A DNA stretch of 64,000 nucleotides from Acidobacteriota bacterium (GCA_963663035.1 OY760074.1:672001-736000); one strand, 5' to 3'; counted from the stretch's first letter, positions 29,682 through 38,914 are shown. Notes: generated by a model from the sequence alone, not told the origin. Program-made: numbers and translations.

Positions 29682-30032
29682 AATTCCTCGTCGGTAGCCC
29701 TCCAGGAGTCGGCTGACTTCCTCCAGCTGGATCAACAGATCTTCGCCAGGCAAATAAGTTAGGTTTGTCGCTAAGATCAGATAATAGCGAGTTTCTTGAA
29801 GAGAGCCCTGTGCAATGTTCATGAAACGAGCTTTGTCAGCCTTGCTCCTTCGTTTAAAGTCTTCCGCAATATTTGCCGGAATTGATATGGCAGCACGACG
29901 CAATTGTGTGGTGAGTCCGTAAATCTCTCGTTTAGGAAAGCCCTGCGAGTAGCGATAGACCTGCAGCACAAAGGTGTGAGCCTTCTGCCAAACAACCAGA
30001 TCCTCAAACGTTTTTGCCGCCTCCCTCTTCAT
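29664..30032 (-). CDS. Four helix bundle protein (23S rRNA IVS protein / Avd-like family)
   Basis: FEDLVVWQKA, FPKREIYGLTTQLRRAAISIPANIAE, IAQGSLQET. Confidence 0.92.
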   Translation of the reverse strand: MKREAAKTFEDLVVWQKAHTFVLQVYRYSQGFPKREIYGLTTQLRRAAISIPANIAEDFKRRSKADKARFMNIAQGSLQETRYYLILATNLTYLPGEDLLIQLEEVSRLLEGYRRGILPPDS

Positions 30033-30033
30033 C

Positions 30034-30187
30034 CTACTTCCTACCTCCTGCCTCCTACCTCCTGCCTCCTACCTCCTGCCTCCTACCTCCTGCCTCCTGC
30101 CTCCTACCTCCTGCCTCCTGCCTCCTACCTCCTACCTCCTGCCTCCTGCCTCCTACCTCCTACCTCCTATCTTCAACCTCCTGACTC
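30034..30187. repeat. Heptamer tandem array, 22 units of CTRCCTC (18 perfect)
   Basis: Counted directly; reads as repeated AGGAGG on the coding (minus) strand. Confidence 0.95.
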
Positions 30188-30477
30188 CCCTCTTCCTTTA
30201 CCGAAATAAGATCCTGCAGCTTTAAGAACTTTTTTTCACCGATTCCCCGGATATTCAGCAAATCCTCAATCCGTTGGAAAGGACCGCTCCTCTCGCGAAG
30301 CTCCAGGATGCGTTCAGCAATCACAGGCCCGATGCCCGGCAGACTGTCAAGCTGTGAGAAAGTGGCTGTGTTGAGATTGATCTTTGGTGTCTGTTCGCCC
30401 TCTGTCGCCGAAACGCACAGAAGGAGTACCAGAACTCCCATGGACACCTGCCAAGTAGATCCTTTTGCTTTCATCAT
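30160..30477 (-). CDS. comEA: Competence DNA receptor ComEA (helix-hairpin-helix)
   Basis: Signal peptide, then KINLNTAT...LPGIGPVIAERI...GPFQRIEDLLNIRGIGEKK. Confidence 0.92.
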   Translation of the reverse strand: MMKAKGSTWQVSMGVLVLLLCVSATEGEQTPKINLNTATFSQLDSLPGIGPVIAERILELRERSGPFQRIEDLLNIRGIGEKKFLKLQDLISVKEEGSQEVEDRR

Positions 30478-30494
30478 ATTTATCCTCCTTCTTA

Positions 30495-30523
30495 CTACAA
30501 CGCTCCACCCGGAGAATCTACGA
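30495..30523 (-). promoter_or_regulatory. Candidate competence promoter motif TCGTAGATT-N11-GCGTTGTAG
   Basis: Same motif and spacing as 13079-13107; sits directly before the AAGGAGG RBS of comEA. Confidence 0.6.
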
Positions 30524-30583
30524 ATAAATCTTCGCCACCTCTGTCTTCTGTCTTCTTCCTCTAAAGGGGAGTAAACTGAAGCG

Positions 30584-32221
30584 ATGAAGACGGAGTGTCT
30601 CGATTATCGACAGCTTCCCGGACTGAATCCTCTTTTTCTGGAATATCTGTATCACTACGATAGACTTGAGTCCCTCTACTCCTCTCCAGTGCATCTCAGC
30701 CTTGATGCTCTCAAGGAACGAGCCGACTCCGTGTTGAAAGACCCGCCACCTTTTCCCCGTGATCAACTCGTGGAGGTGACGACCGCTTTCAACCAAAGAG
30801 TTGGAGCCGGTGAGAAGGTTTTCCAGAATCTGGAAAAGCTGAAGTCCCCCAGGACATTAGCTGTGGTCACAGGACAACAGCCAGGTTTCTTCGGGGGGCC
30901 GGCGTATACAGTTTACAAGGCGCTCACGGCCATTCGCTTGGCCCAGATGTTGGATGAAGAAGGCTACCCTGCGGTTCCTGTTTTCTGGTTGGCATCCGAT
31001 GACTCCGATTTCCAGGAGGTCCGACTCACATCGTTCTTCGATGGCAATGGAGATCTGTTTTCGGTGAGTTATCAGGGTCCCCAGCAGAATGATTCACGAA
31101 TGGTGGGGACGATCCCTTTGAACACTGTCGAGGAGTGTTTCAGCCGTTTGCAGCAAGAGGGTCCCAAAGGAGAGTTTCATGAAGATGTCCTCCAGCTGCT
31201 CCAGGAAACTTTTCCTCCTGCAAAAACTCTCAGCGAAGCCGCGGGCTCATGGTTAAGCCACCTCTTTCGTCCCTACGGTCTCGTTCTCTTTGATGCGCTT
31301 CTTCCTGAATACAAGCAAGGGGTGGGATCCTTGTTTGCTCGGGCCATAGAGAACCGCCAGGAGATTGTCCAAGCTCTGAAAGGCAGAGCCGAAGTGTTGA
31401 GAGAAAAGGGATTCGATTCCCAGGTTCGGGTCCAGGATTCGGAGAGTTTCCTTTTCTGGACAGAGGATGAGAAGCGCTACAAGTTGGAGTATGAAGGAGA
31501 GCGATTTCGGAAGAAAGCACTGGACTCTCCGAAGTTAAGTGAACGGGATCTGTTGAGGGAGCTTGACCAGCAGGCAGAAAAGTTTGCTCCTAACGTGCTC
31601 CTGAGGCCCATAGTCCAAGACCATCTGTTTCCCACTGTGGCCTATGTGGGAGGTCCTTCAGAAGTTGCCTACTTTGCTCAGGTTAGTGCCATTAGTCGGT
31701 TTTGGGACAAGGAAATGGCTGTGTTTCCGCGAGTCGGGGTCACCCTGGTGGATCGAAAAGCTCAGCGCTTGTTGAGGAAGTATGGGCTGAAGGTCTTGGA
31801 TGTTTTGCAACTGACTCCACAAGAGATCTCGCGTAGGATTGTGAAGGGCAAGGACCCGGAGAATATTCTGGAAAGGCTTGAGCATGTGCAGGAGGAACTC
31901 CAGTCTGAACTGGGAGCACTGAAGGATGATATTGCCAAGATTGACCCGACCGTAGCGGAGATGCTGGGGGGAACAGAGAAGAAGGTTCTATACCAGATCG
32001 AGAAGGTACAAAAAAGATTTGTCGCCAATCACCGCGACCAGGAAGCGACTTTTGGGCAGCACCTGGACTATCTGTGTTCTCACCTTTTCCCGAATGGAAA
32101 GCTTCAGGAACGCGTCATTAGCTTCAATCAGTTTGTGAGTGAAGAGGGTCCAGACTTAGTCGACCGCGTCATGAATGTGATTGACCCTTTTTGCCCAAGC
32201 CATCAAGTGATATACTTGTAA
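30584..32221 (+). CDS. bshC: Bacillithiol biosynthesis cysteine-adding enzyme
   Basis: VVTGQQPGFFGGP, PVFWLASDDSD, PNVLLRP, YVGGPSEVAYFAQ, LQER. Confidence 0.92.
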   Translation: MKTECLDYRQLPGLNPLFLEYLYHYDRLESLYSSPVHLSLDALKERADSVLKDPPPFPRDQLVEVTTAFNQRVGAGEKVFQNLEKLKSPRTLAVVTGQQPGFFGGPAYTVYKALTAIRLAQMLDEEGYPAVPVFWLASDDSDFQEVRLTSFFDGNGDLFSVSYQGPQQNDSRMVGTIPLNTVEECFSRLQQEGPKGEFHEDVLQLLQETFPPAKTLSEAAGSWLSHLFRPYGLVLFDALLPEYKQGVGSLFARAIENRQEIVQALKGRAEVLREKGFDSQVRVQDSESFLFWTEDEKRYKLEYEGERFRKKALDSPKLSERDLLRELDQQAEKFAPNVLLRPIVQDHLFPTVAYVGGPSEVAYFAQVSAISRFWDKEMAVFPRVGVTLVDRKAQRLLRKYGLKVLDVLQLTPQEISRRIVKGKDPENILERLEHVQEELQSELGALKDDIAKIDPTVAEMLGGTEKKVLYQIEKVQKRFVANHRDQEATFGQHLDYLCSHLFPNGKLQERVISFNQFVSEEGPDLVDRVMNVIDPFCPSHQVIYL

Positions 32222-32265
32222 CCTCTGTCACGGATCTATCTCGTTGACTGGATTAGAGTTCAAGG

Positions 32266-33702
32266 ATGTTTCATCGCCAGTTCCGACTTTTCTCCAATTT
32301 ACTGCTGGGCGCCGATTTTCTGGCAGGTCTATGGGCGCTGTATCTGGCCTACTACTTGCGCTACTATCTGGTGGTTTCTGCTCCCCCTGAGATCAGTCGA
32401 TTCTTCAATCCGGAGCTGCTGCCTTTACCAGACTATCTTTTCTACTGGCTGATTTTTGTTCCGCTGTGGGTCGTTCTTTTGCTGTGGACCCAACGCTATT
32501 CTCAGCTCATGCGCCTGCCCCTGGGAATCCAGGCATTTCGGATTTTACAATTCACACTGAGCGCCGGCTTCTTGACGGGTTTCCTCACCTATAGTTTCAA
32601 TCTCGTGATCAGCCGGCCGATCTTCTTTGTCTTTTGGTTTTTCTCTGGGCTAATCCTTGTACTCAATCGAGTCATCCTGCATTGGTATCTGCGCAGCGGC
32701 AACATCAACGAGCATAGTCAAATAAAGATATTAATCGTAGGCACTGATGAGCGGGCAAGACAAGTGGGTACATTGCTGGAGCAGTACAAGAAGTGGGGTT
32801 ATCACGTCCTGGGCTACCTGAGCAGTGAGGAAAAAGGGACAGCCGTAGCAGGCCTGGAGATCGTGGGTTCGCTCAAAAAGCTGCCGGAATATTTACAGGA
32901 AAATGTGGTGGACGAAATCATCTTTCTGGAATCCCATCGGAAAGATATAGAGGAGTTTGAGAAGCTGATCGAATACTGTGGGGACCTCGGCATTCGATCT
33001 CGAGTTGCAGCTGACTTCTTCCTTAATTCTACTTCCAAGGTTTCACTGGAGTATCTAGAGAGTCTGCCCTTGCTCACCTTCTCAACTGTTCCGAATGCCT
33101 CTATCGGGATTTTAGCCAAGCGAGTGGTGGATGTGCTGGTGGCGTCGGTCATTTTGATAGTGTTTGCTCCCTTGACCCTGGTTACAGCGGCTGTCGTTAA
33201 ATTGACCTCTTCAGGACCCGTTTTTTACAAGCAGGTTCGATGTGGGCAGGGCGGACGAAGGTTCCAGCTCATCAAGTTCAGAACCATGATTGAGGGTGCG
33301 GAAGACAAGTTGTGGGAACTGAGGCATCTGAACGAAATGGAGGGGCCGGTTTTTAAGATGCGACATGATCCTCGGGTCACACCGCTGGGCCGAGTTTTGC
33401 GGAAAAGTAGTGTTGATGAGTTACCCCAGGTCTGGAATGTCCTCAAAGGGGAAATGAGTATGGTTGGTCCTCGAGCACCACTGCTCGAGGAGGTCCAACA
33501 CTACACAACGAAACAGAGGCGCCGGCTCGGCGTGAAGCCTGGAATCACCTGTCTTTGGCAGATATCTGGCCGAAACGATGTCGATTTCAACACCTGGATG
33601 GAGTTGGATCTGCAGTACATCGACAAATGGTCTTTCTGGCTGGATCTTTGGATCATGTTGAAGACCATTCCTGCCGTATTCACCGCCAGAGGAGCGCGGT
33701 AA
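32266..33702 (+). CDS. Polyprenyl glycosylphosphotransferase (WcaJ/WbaP-type initiating transferase)
   Basis: N-terminal TMs, KRVVD, KFRTM, DPRVT, DELPQ, VGPRA, KPGITCLWQ. Confidence 0.93.
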   Translation: MFHRQFRLFSNLLLGADFLAGLWALYLAYYLRYYLVVSAPPEISRFFNPELLPLPDYLFYWLIFVPLWVVLLLWTQRYSQLMRLPLGIQAFRILQFTLSAGFLTGFLTYSFNLVISRPIFFVFWFFSGLILVLNRVILHWYLRSGNINEHSQIKILIVGTDERARQVGTLLEQYKKWGYHVLGYLSSEEKGTAVAGLEIVGSLKKLPEYLQENVVDEIIFLESHRKDIEEFEKLIEYCGDLGIRSRVAADFFLNSTSKVSLEYLESLPLLTFSTVPNASIGILAKRVVDVLVASVILIVFAPLTLVTAAVVKLTSSGPVFYKQVRCGQGGRRFQLIKFRTMIEGAEDKLWELRHLNEMEGPVFKMRHDPRVTPLGRVLRKSSVDELPQVWNVLKGEMSMVGPRAPLLEEVQHYTTKQRRRLGVKPGITCLWQISGRNDVDFNTWMELDLQYIDKWSFWLDLWIMLKTIPAVFTARGAR

Positions 33703-33705
33703 GAA

Positions 33706-33799
33706 GATAGGAGGCAGGAGTCAGGAGACAGGAGCCGGACTACTGCCTCCTATCTCCTGCCTCCTACCTCCTACCTCCTGCCTCCTACCTCCTGCCTTC
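33706..33799. repeat. Inverted pair of heptamer arrays between convergent genes
   Basis: GGAGGCA/GGAGTCA/GGAGACA units, a short spacer, then about seven CTRYCTC units. Confidence 0.85.
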
Positions 33800-35568
33800 A
33801 GCTGTTCCTTGTACTGTAACTGATAGAGCTTGTAGTAAATTCCCCGCTTCTTCAGGAGGTCGAAATGGGAACCCTCTTCCTGAATCTCACCCTTGTGCAG
33901 AACAATGATGCGATCACAGTTTTGGATTGTGGAGAGCCGGTGGGCGATGATCAAACTCGTCCGGTCCTTCATCAATTGACCCAAAGCTTCCTGGATCAGA
34001 AGTTCCGTTTCGGTGTCCACTGAGGAAGTGGCTTCATCCAAGACCAGTAATTTCGGGTGGTGCGCCAGCGCACGCGCGAAAGCCAGAAGCTGTTTTTGAC
34101 CCACCGAAAGGCCAGCCCCTCTCTCAGCCACAGGCGTGGCGTATCCTTCTGCAAAATCTTGAATGAAGGGATGAGCGTGGACTTGTCTAGCAGCTCTCTC
34201 CACCTCTTTCCGCCCCAGGGGCCGTCCCCACAGACGAATGTTCTCCTCAATGGTTCCCCGAAAGAGAAAGGTATCTTGAAGCACCACGGCTATCGACTGA
34301 CGCAGCAAGCCCAGGTCCAGGTCTTGAATGGGCACTCCGTCAATCCGGATTTCTCCCTCCTGGACGTCGTAGAATCGGCAAAGAAGATTGATCAGAGTGG
34401 ACTTGCCGGCCCCGGTGGCCCCTACAATGGCTACCTTCTCTCCCGGGGCGACTGTCAGATCAATATTCTTCAGGACCGGAGTGTCGTCTTTGTAAGCGAA
34501 GGAAACATTGGCAAATTCTATCCTTCCTGTGATTTCCGCCGGCCTGCGCGGCTGGGAGGGTGGAACGATCTCTGGTTCAGTGTCCAGAAGTTTGAAAATC
34601 CTTTCTGAACTTGCCATGGCGCTTTGCAGGATGCCGAACTTTTCACTGAGGTCACTGATGGGCTTATAGAATCGTTCTGAGTACTGGATGAAAGCCACCA
34701 GGGCCCCCAGAGTGAGAATCTCCCGGAGAACCTGATTGCCGCCGTACCAGAGGATCAGGGCGATGGCAACAACTCCGATCATGTTCACCAGCGGATAGAA
34801 AACAGCATAGTAGAAGATGGATTGGAGATTGGCCCGCAGGTACTCTGAGTTCCGTTCCTCGAACTGTTGGAATTTTCGATTCTCTTGAACAAAGATTTGA
34901 ACCACGGACATTCCGGTGATGTTTTCCTGCAGAAAAGCATTGATTCTGGCCACACTGCGACGCACCCAACGGTAGGATCCACGGACCTTGATCTTGAAAA
35001 CGAGGGCGGCAATAAACAGGAGCGGAATAACCGAAAAGCACACCAGGGCAAGCCGCCAGTCCAGCCAGAGCATGACCAGTACAATGCCGGACAGAGTGAA
35101 GATATCGCCGAAGATGCTGACCACGCCGGCGGTGAAGAGCTCATTGAGAACGTCTACGTCGGTGGTCATCCGAGTGATCAGACGACCGACTGGATTTCGG
35201 TCAAAATATGCCATGTGCAGTTTCTGGATGTGGGCGAAGATCTCCATACGAAGGTCATACATGATTTTTTGGCCGGTCCAGTTCATCAAGTAGGTCTGGG
35301 CAAAGGAAACACCGAACTGGACCAGGAGAACAGACAGGAACAGCAGGGCGATACTGGAGAGGCCATCGGGATCTCCAGTCAGGATGTGTTGGTCGATGGC
35401 GATGAGGGTGAGATAAGGGCCCACCAGCCGAAGGCCAGAGACGAGAACCAGTAGAAAGATTGAGACTGCCACAACGCGGCGATAGGGATACAGATACTTG
35501 ATCAGGCGCCGCGCCAGTTGACGGTCATAGGCTTTTCCCAGGATCTCTTCTTCGTGGTAATGATTCAT
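33721..35568 (-). CDS. ABC exporter, fused permease-ATPase (MdlB/YheH-like)
   Basis: GATGAGKS, LSVGQKQ, LDEATS, IAHRLST. Confidence 0.92.
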   Translation of the reverse strand: MNHYHEEEILGKAYDRQLARRLIKYLYPYRRVVAVSIFLLVLVSGLRLVGPYLTLIAIDQHILTGDPDGLSSIALLFLSVLLVQFGVSFAQTYLMNWTGQKIMYDLRMEIFAHIQKLHMAYFDRNPVGRLITRMTTDVDVLNELFTAGVVSIFGDIFTLSGIVLVMLWLDWRLALVCFSVIPLLFIAALVFKIKVRGSYRWVRRSVARINAFLQENITGMSVVQIFVQENRKFQQFEERNSEYLRANLQSIFYYAVFYPLVNMIGVVAIALILWYGGNQVLREILTLGALVAFIQYSERFYKPISDLSEKFGILQSAMASSERIFKLLDTEPEIVPPSQPRRPAEITGRIEFANVSFAYKDDTPVLKNIDLTVAPGEKVAIVGATGAGKSTLINLLCRFYDVQEGEIRIDGVPIQDLDLGLLRQSIAVVLQDTFLFRGTIEENIRLWGRPLGRKEVERAARQVHAHPFIQDFAEGYATPVAERGAGLSVGQKQLLAFARALAHHPKLLVLDEATSSVDTETELLIQEALGQLMKDRTSLIIAHRLSTIQNCDRIIVLHKGEIQEEGSHFDLLKKRGIYYKLYQLQYKEQLKAGGRRQEVGGRRQEIGGSSPAPVS

Positions 35569-37334
35569 TCCACGCCCAGTTCCTCTTTCAACAATTGCCT
35601 CTCGTAAAGAGTGGCATAGTGTCCTTCCGCCCTGAGAAGATCTTCATGGGTCCCCTGTTCTATGATTGCGCCTTTGTCCAGGACCAGGATCTGATCAGCC
35701 ATTTTGACAGTCGAGATCCGATGAGAAATCAAGATGACGGTCCGCTTCGAGATTTCTCCTGAAAGCCTGTACAGGATCTTTTCCTCTGTATCAGTATCAA
35801 CGCTCGAGAGGGCGTCATCCAGAATGAGAATTTCGGGATCTACCAGAAGAGCCCGACTGATGGCAATGCGTTGCTTCTGTCCTCCCGATAACGTAATGCC
35901 GCGCTCTCCCACGAAAGTCTCGAACTGACCGGGAAAGGCCTGAATATCAGGCCAAATGTTGCTGACTTTCGAATTCTCCTGAATGGCCTTGAAACTCGCT
36001 TCAGGTCTTCCGAAAGCAATGTTTTGCTGGATTGTTTCCGAGAACAGAAAAGTCTCTTGTGGAACGTAGCCGACACTTTTTCGCAAGGTCTTCAGCGGAA
36101 TATCGTTGATGTCCAGGCCATCGATGAAAATGCTCCCTTTGGGAACCTGGTACAGGCGACAGAGGAGGTTCACGAAGGTTGATTTTCCACTCCCCGTCCT
36201 ACCCACAATGGCCAGGGTCTCGCCTGAACCAAGCTGGAAGCTGATGTTCTTGAGGACCGCGACTCCGTTATAGGAAAAAGTGAGATTCTTCACCTCAATG
36301 TTCCCTTTCAGTTGTGAGATGGGAGTGGGATGTTCATCCCGGATTTCCGGCTGGGACTGGAAGATCTGGTTCATTCGACCCATGGAAGCGGAGCCGCGTT
36401 CAAAGATGTTGATCACCCATCCTAAAGCGATGGTGGGCCAGGTGAGCATTGCCACGTAAGCCATGAAAGCGACGAAGTCACCCACCGAAATAGAGCCCTG
36501 AATGACCAGGCGTCCTCCATACCAGAGCAGCACCACCGAGGAGAGGCCCAGGAGAAAAGCCAACAGAGGGTGAACGATTCCCCAAACCTTGACCAGGGAA
36601 AGACTTCTCTTGACGTACTCCTCATTGGCCTGCTGAAATCGCTGAGTGAAAGCTTCCTCCTGGTTGTAAGCCTTGATGACGCGGATCCCCGAGACGTTTT
36701 CCTGGGCTAAAGTCGTGAGCCCTGCAAGTTGTTCCTGGATCTTCTCGAATCGTTTGTGGATTTCTTTTCCAAAGTACTTGACGCTGACACTCACAGCCAC
36801 CAGAGGTAGTAGTGATAACAGGGCGAGCCGCGCCTCAATGCTCACAAGAATCCCAATGGTCAAAACAGCTGTAAAAAGGGTGTTGATGGAGTACATGATT
36901 CCGGGGCCAAGCACCATTCGAACGGCACTCAGATCATTGATCGCCCGGGACATGAGGTCTCCGGTGGGATTGCGCTGGTAGAAGCTTGGAGACAGGGATT
37001 GGAGATGGGCAAATAAATCGTTGCGAAGGTCATACTCGATCTTTCTGGAGACACCAATCAGGATTCGCCGCATCAGAAAGCGGAACATTCCTTCCAGGCC
37101 GCTTGCCGCGATCATGAGCAGCGCATAATAAAGAAGAATATCGCGGCTGATCTCCTGATAGAGACGATCGATGGCGTTACGCAAAATCCAAGGGAAAATC
37201 ACCGCAACGACATTGGTCAGCAGCACCATCGTTGCCCCGAATATGAGGAGTGCTTGGTACTTCTTGAGATATGGGATCAGACCTAAGAGGTGCCGTTTGC
37301 GCGGATCCAGGCGAAGAAACTTACTCAACCTCAA
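35565..37334 (-). CDS. ABC exporter, fused permease-ATPase (MdlA/YheI-like)
   Basis: GRTGSGKS, LSGGQKQR, degenerate Walker B LDDALS; forms a heterodimer pair with the next gene. Confidence 0.92.
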   Translation of the reverse strand: MRLSKFLRLDPRKRHLLGLIPYLKKYQALLIFGATMVLLTNVVAVIFPWILRNAIDRLYQEISRDILLYYALLMIAASGLEGMFRFLMRRILIGVSRKIEYDLRNDLFAHLQSLSPSFYQRNPTGDLMSRAINDLSAVRMVLGPGIMYSINTLFTAVLTIGILVSIEARLALLSLLPLVAVSVSVKYFGKEIHKRFEKIQEQLAGLTTLAQENVSGIRVIKAYNQEEAFTQRFQQANEEYVKRSLSLVKVWGIVHPLLAFLLGLSSVVLLWYGGRLVIQGSISVGDFVAFMAYVAMLTWPTIALGWVINIFERGSASMGRMNQIFQSQPEIRDEHPTPISQLKGNIEVKNLTFSYNGVAVLKNISFQLGSGETLAIVGRTGSGKSTFVNLLCRLYQVPKGSIFIDGLDINDIPLKTLRKSVGYVPQETFLFSETIQQNIAFGRPEASFKAIQENSKVSNIWPDIQAFPGQFETFVGERGITLSGGQKQRIAISRALLVDPEILILDDALSSVDTDTEEKILYRLSGEISKRTVILISHRISTVKMADQILVLDKGAIIEQGTHEDLLRAEGHYATLYERQLLKEELGVE

Positions 37335-37995
37335 ATCCTTGAACGTGGGGAATCTTCAGATCCTGATCGCTACTATGATCGCTACTAAAGGTGACTTGGT
37401 AGCCGTAAAGGAAGGGCGAATTTTCAGCGTAGCGGAGGTTGAAGACACCGGACGATCCAGGTGGGAGGGGATCGGGTTTCACCTGGACTGTGATCTCGTC
37501 CAACCGTTCGAGATCGGACTTCCAGATGGAAACAAGAGCCCGTAATCCTCCCATCGATTCTTGACTCTGATTCCAGACTTCCCCGTTCAAGGAAAAGCCG
37601 TCATAGAAACGCTCGTAGGCCAGCAAAGTCAGTCTCAAGGGGGCTGTTTGTGAGGGGTTTTCAGTGGCGAAATTTCCAAAAAGGGAGAGAGGAGTAAAGC
37701 CGACCACCAGAAAGCACACAAAGGCCAGAACAGCCGAAACCACAAGCGCCTGAACAACCATCGGCAGTTGATTGGCCAGGGGAACAGTCCGGTCGAGCAC
37801 CTTCCCCGGATCTTCGCCTATGATCTCCTGTTCATGCCGCTTCTCGAACTCCTCCCGAAGATACGCGGAAAATCCTTGTTTGCGTGCCTTCAGTCGCAGC
37901 GCAATGAAGCAGAGACTGGCAAGGAAAGCCACTAAAAAAGCCCACAGTGAATACTTCAGTGACTGATCAAGTATCTCCAGGACTCGCTCATTCAT
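37321..37995 (-). CDS. Membrane hypothetical protein with a C-terminal beta-rich domain
   Basis: Two hydrophobic segments; co-oriented with and overlapping the ABC gene. Confidence 0.65.
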   Translation of the reverse strand: MNERVLEILDQSLKYSLWAFLVAFLASLCFIALRLKARKQGFSAYLREEFEKRHEQEIIGEDPGKVLDRTVPLANQLPMVVQALVVSAVLAFVCFLVVGFTPLSLFGNFATENPSQTAPLRLTLLAYERFYDGFSLNGEVWNQSQESMGGLRALVSIWKSDLERLDEITVQVKPDPLPPGSSGVFNLRYAENSPFLYGYQVTFSSDHSSDQDLKIPHVQGFEVE

Positions 37996-38019
37996 GCCGT
38001 CAGGTGTCGGAATTTCCGG

Positions 38020-38625
38020 CTAAGGTCTCTCAGGGCCCGTCGTCTTAGGCATTCTTTCGTCAGGATCTGGAAGGTAGGTCGGGTCTCTCTCCCAAAAACC
38101 CTTTTTCGGTTCCTGCAGGCTAAAGTTTTGTCCGAAAAGTGACTGCCCAAATTGCGTCAGAAGCCTTGCCTCCAAATTTCCAATCGTCTGTATTTTCACC
38201 CAGGTCTCTGTTCCCAGGTACTCCCGTTGAAGAGCTTCGATGTTTGCGTACACTGTAAGCAACGTCTCTCGGTCGCCAATCAACTCTAGAAAAACTTCGT
38301 ACTGGTATCGGACGCTCAGCCAGTCGCCATCTATCAGTTTCGGCTGCTCACCGATCTTGCTGATGTGACTGTCAGTCAAGAGGCCCGAGCTGTATTCACG
38401 AAAGCTGCTCACGATGGATCCTTGAGCCCGATCCTGTTGGAGGATCTCAAAGTCGTTCTTTTCGAGGATCTCTAGTATTCCATTCCAAGCAGGCTCAAAG
38501 GGGATATAGAGTCGCAGAGGGGCTGGGATGAACTGCCCCTTGCCCTGTGCCATGCCCTGCGCTGCAGGGCCGAAGAGCAAAAAAAGGATCAGAAGTAGCC
38601 GGCTCCAGTTCATCATGGCAGTCAT
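38020..38625 (-). CDS. Secreted hypothetical protein
   Basis: Signal peptide; sits within a co-oriented gene run. Confidence 0.65.
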   Translation of the reverse strand: MTAMMNWSRLLLILFLLFGPAAQGMAQGKGQFIPAPLRLYIPFEPAWNGILEILEKNDFEILQQDRAQGSIVSSFREYSSGLLTDSHISKIGEQPKLIDGDWLSVRYQYEVFLELIGDRETLLTVYANIEALQREYLGTETWVKIQTIGNLEARLLTQFGQSLFGQNFSLQEPKKGFWERDPTYLPDPDERMPKTTGPERP

Positions 38626-38660
38626 TAGTTTAGAACATTCCCGTCCCGTATTAAATTAAG

Positions 38661-38914
38661 CCCTCATGATGCATAAATTTTCTGCTACAGTGCCGCATCC
38701 ACGCTGACGGCGTTGTGCGACCCGCAAGCGGGTACCCCTTGGGCTCCTCGGCGTACTACAAGAGTACGCCTGCGGGGCCCGACCCGTGGCGGGTACCCCT
38801 CGCACGCCAGTCGGAGCCGCAGGCTTTAGCCTGCGGGCCCGTGGGCTAAAGCCCACGGCTCTGTTTTCCGGCGCTTGCTCCACTTCGCTACGAAAAACCT
38901 ATGCATAATGAGGG
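38661..38914. mobile_element. MITE copy 3 (variant type-A ends, with REP doublet, inverted relative to copy 2)
   Basis: Ends CCCTCATGATGCATAA ... CTATGCATAATGAGGG; shared core. Confidence 0.85.

Noticed and set aside
29664-30032. Diversity-generating retroelement (Avd-like gene)
   Set aside because: No reverse transcriptase and no TR/VR pair with adenine-specific mismatches in the window.
30034-30187. CRISPR array
   Set aside because: Contiguous 7-bp units with no unique spacers, and no cas genes in the window.
29904-30209. 101-aa ORF with LLPPASY repeats
   Set aside because: Antisense translation of the heptamer array; overlaps two real genes.
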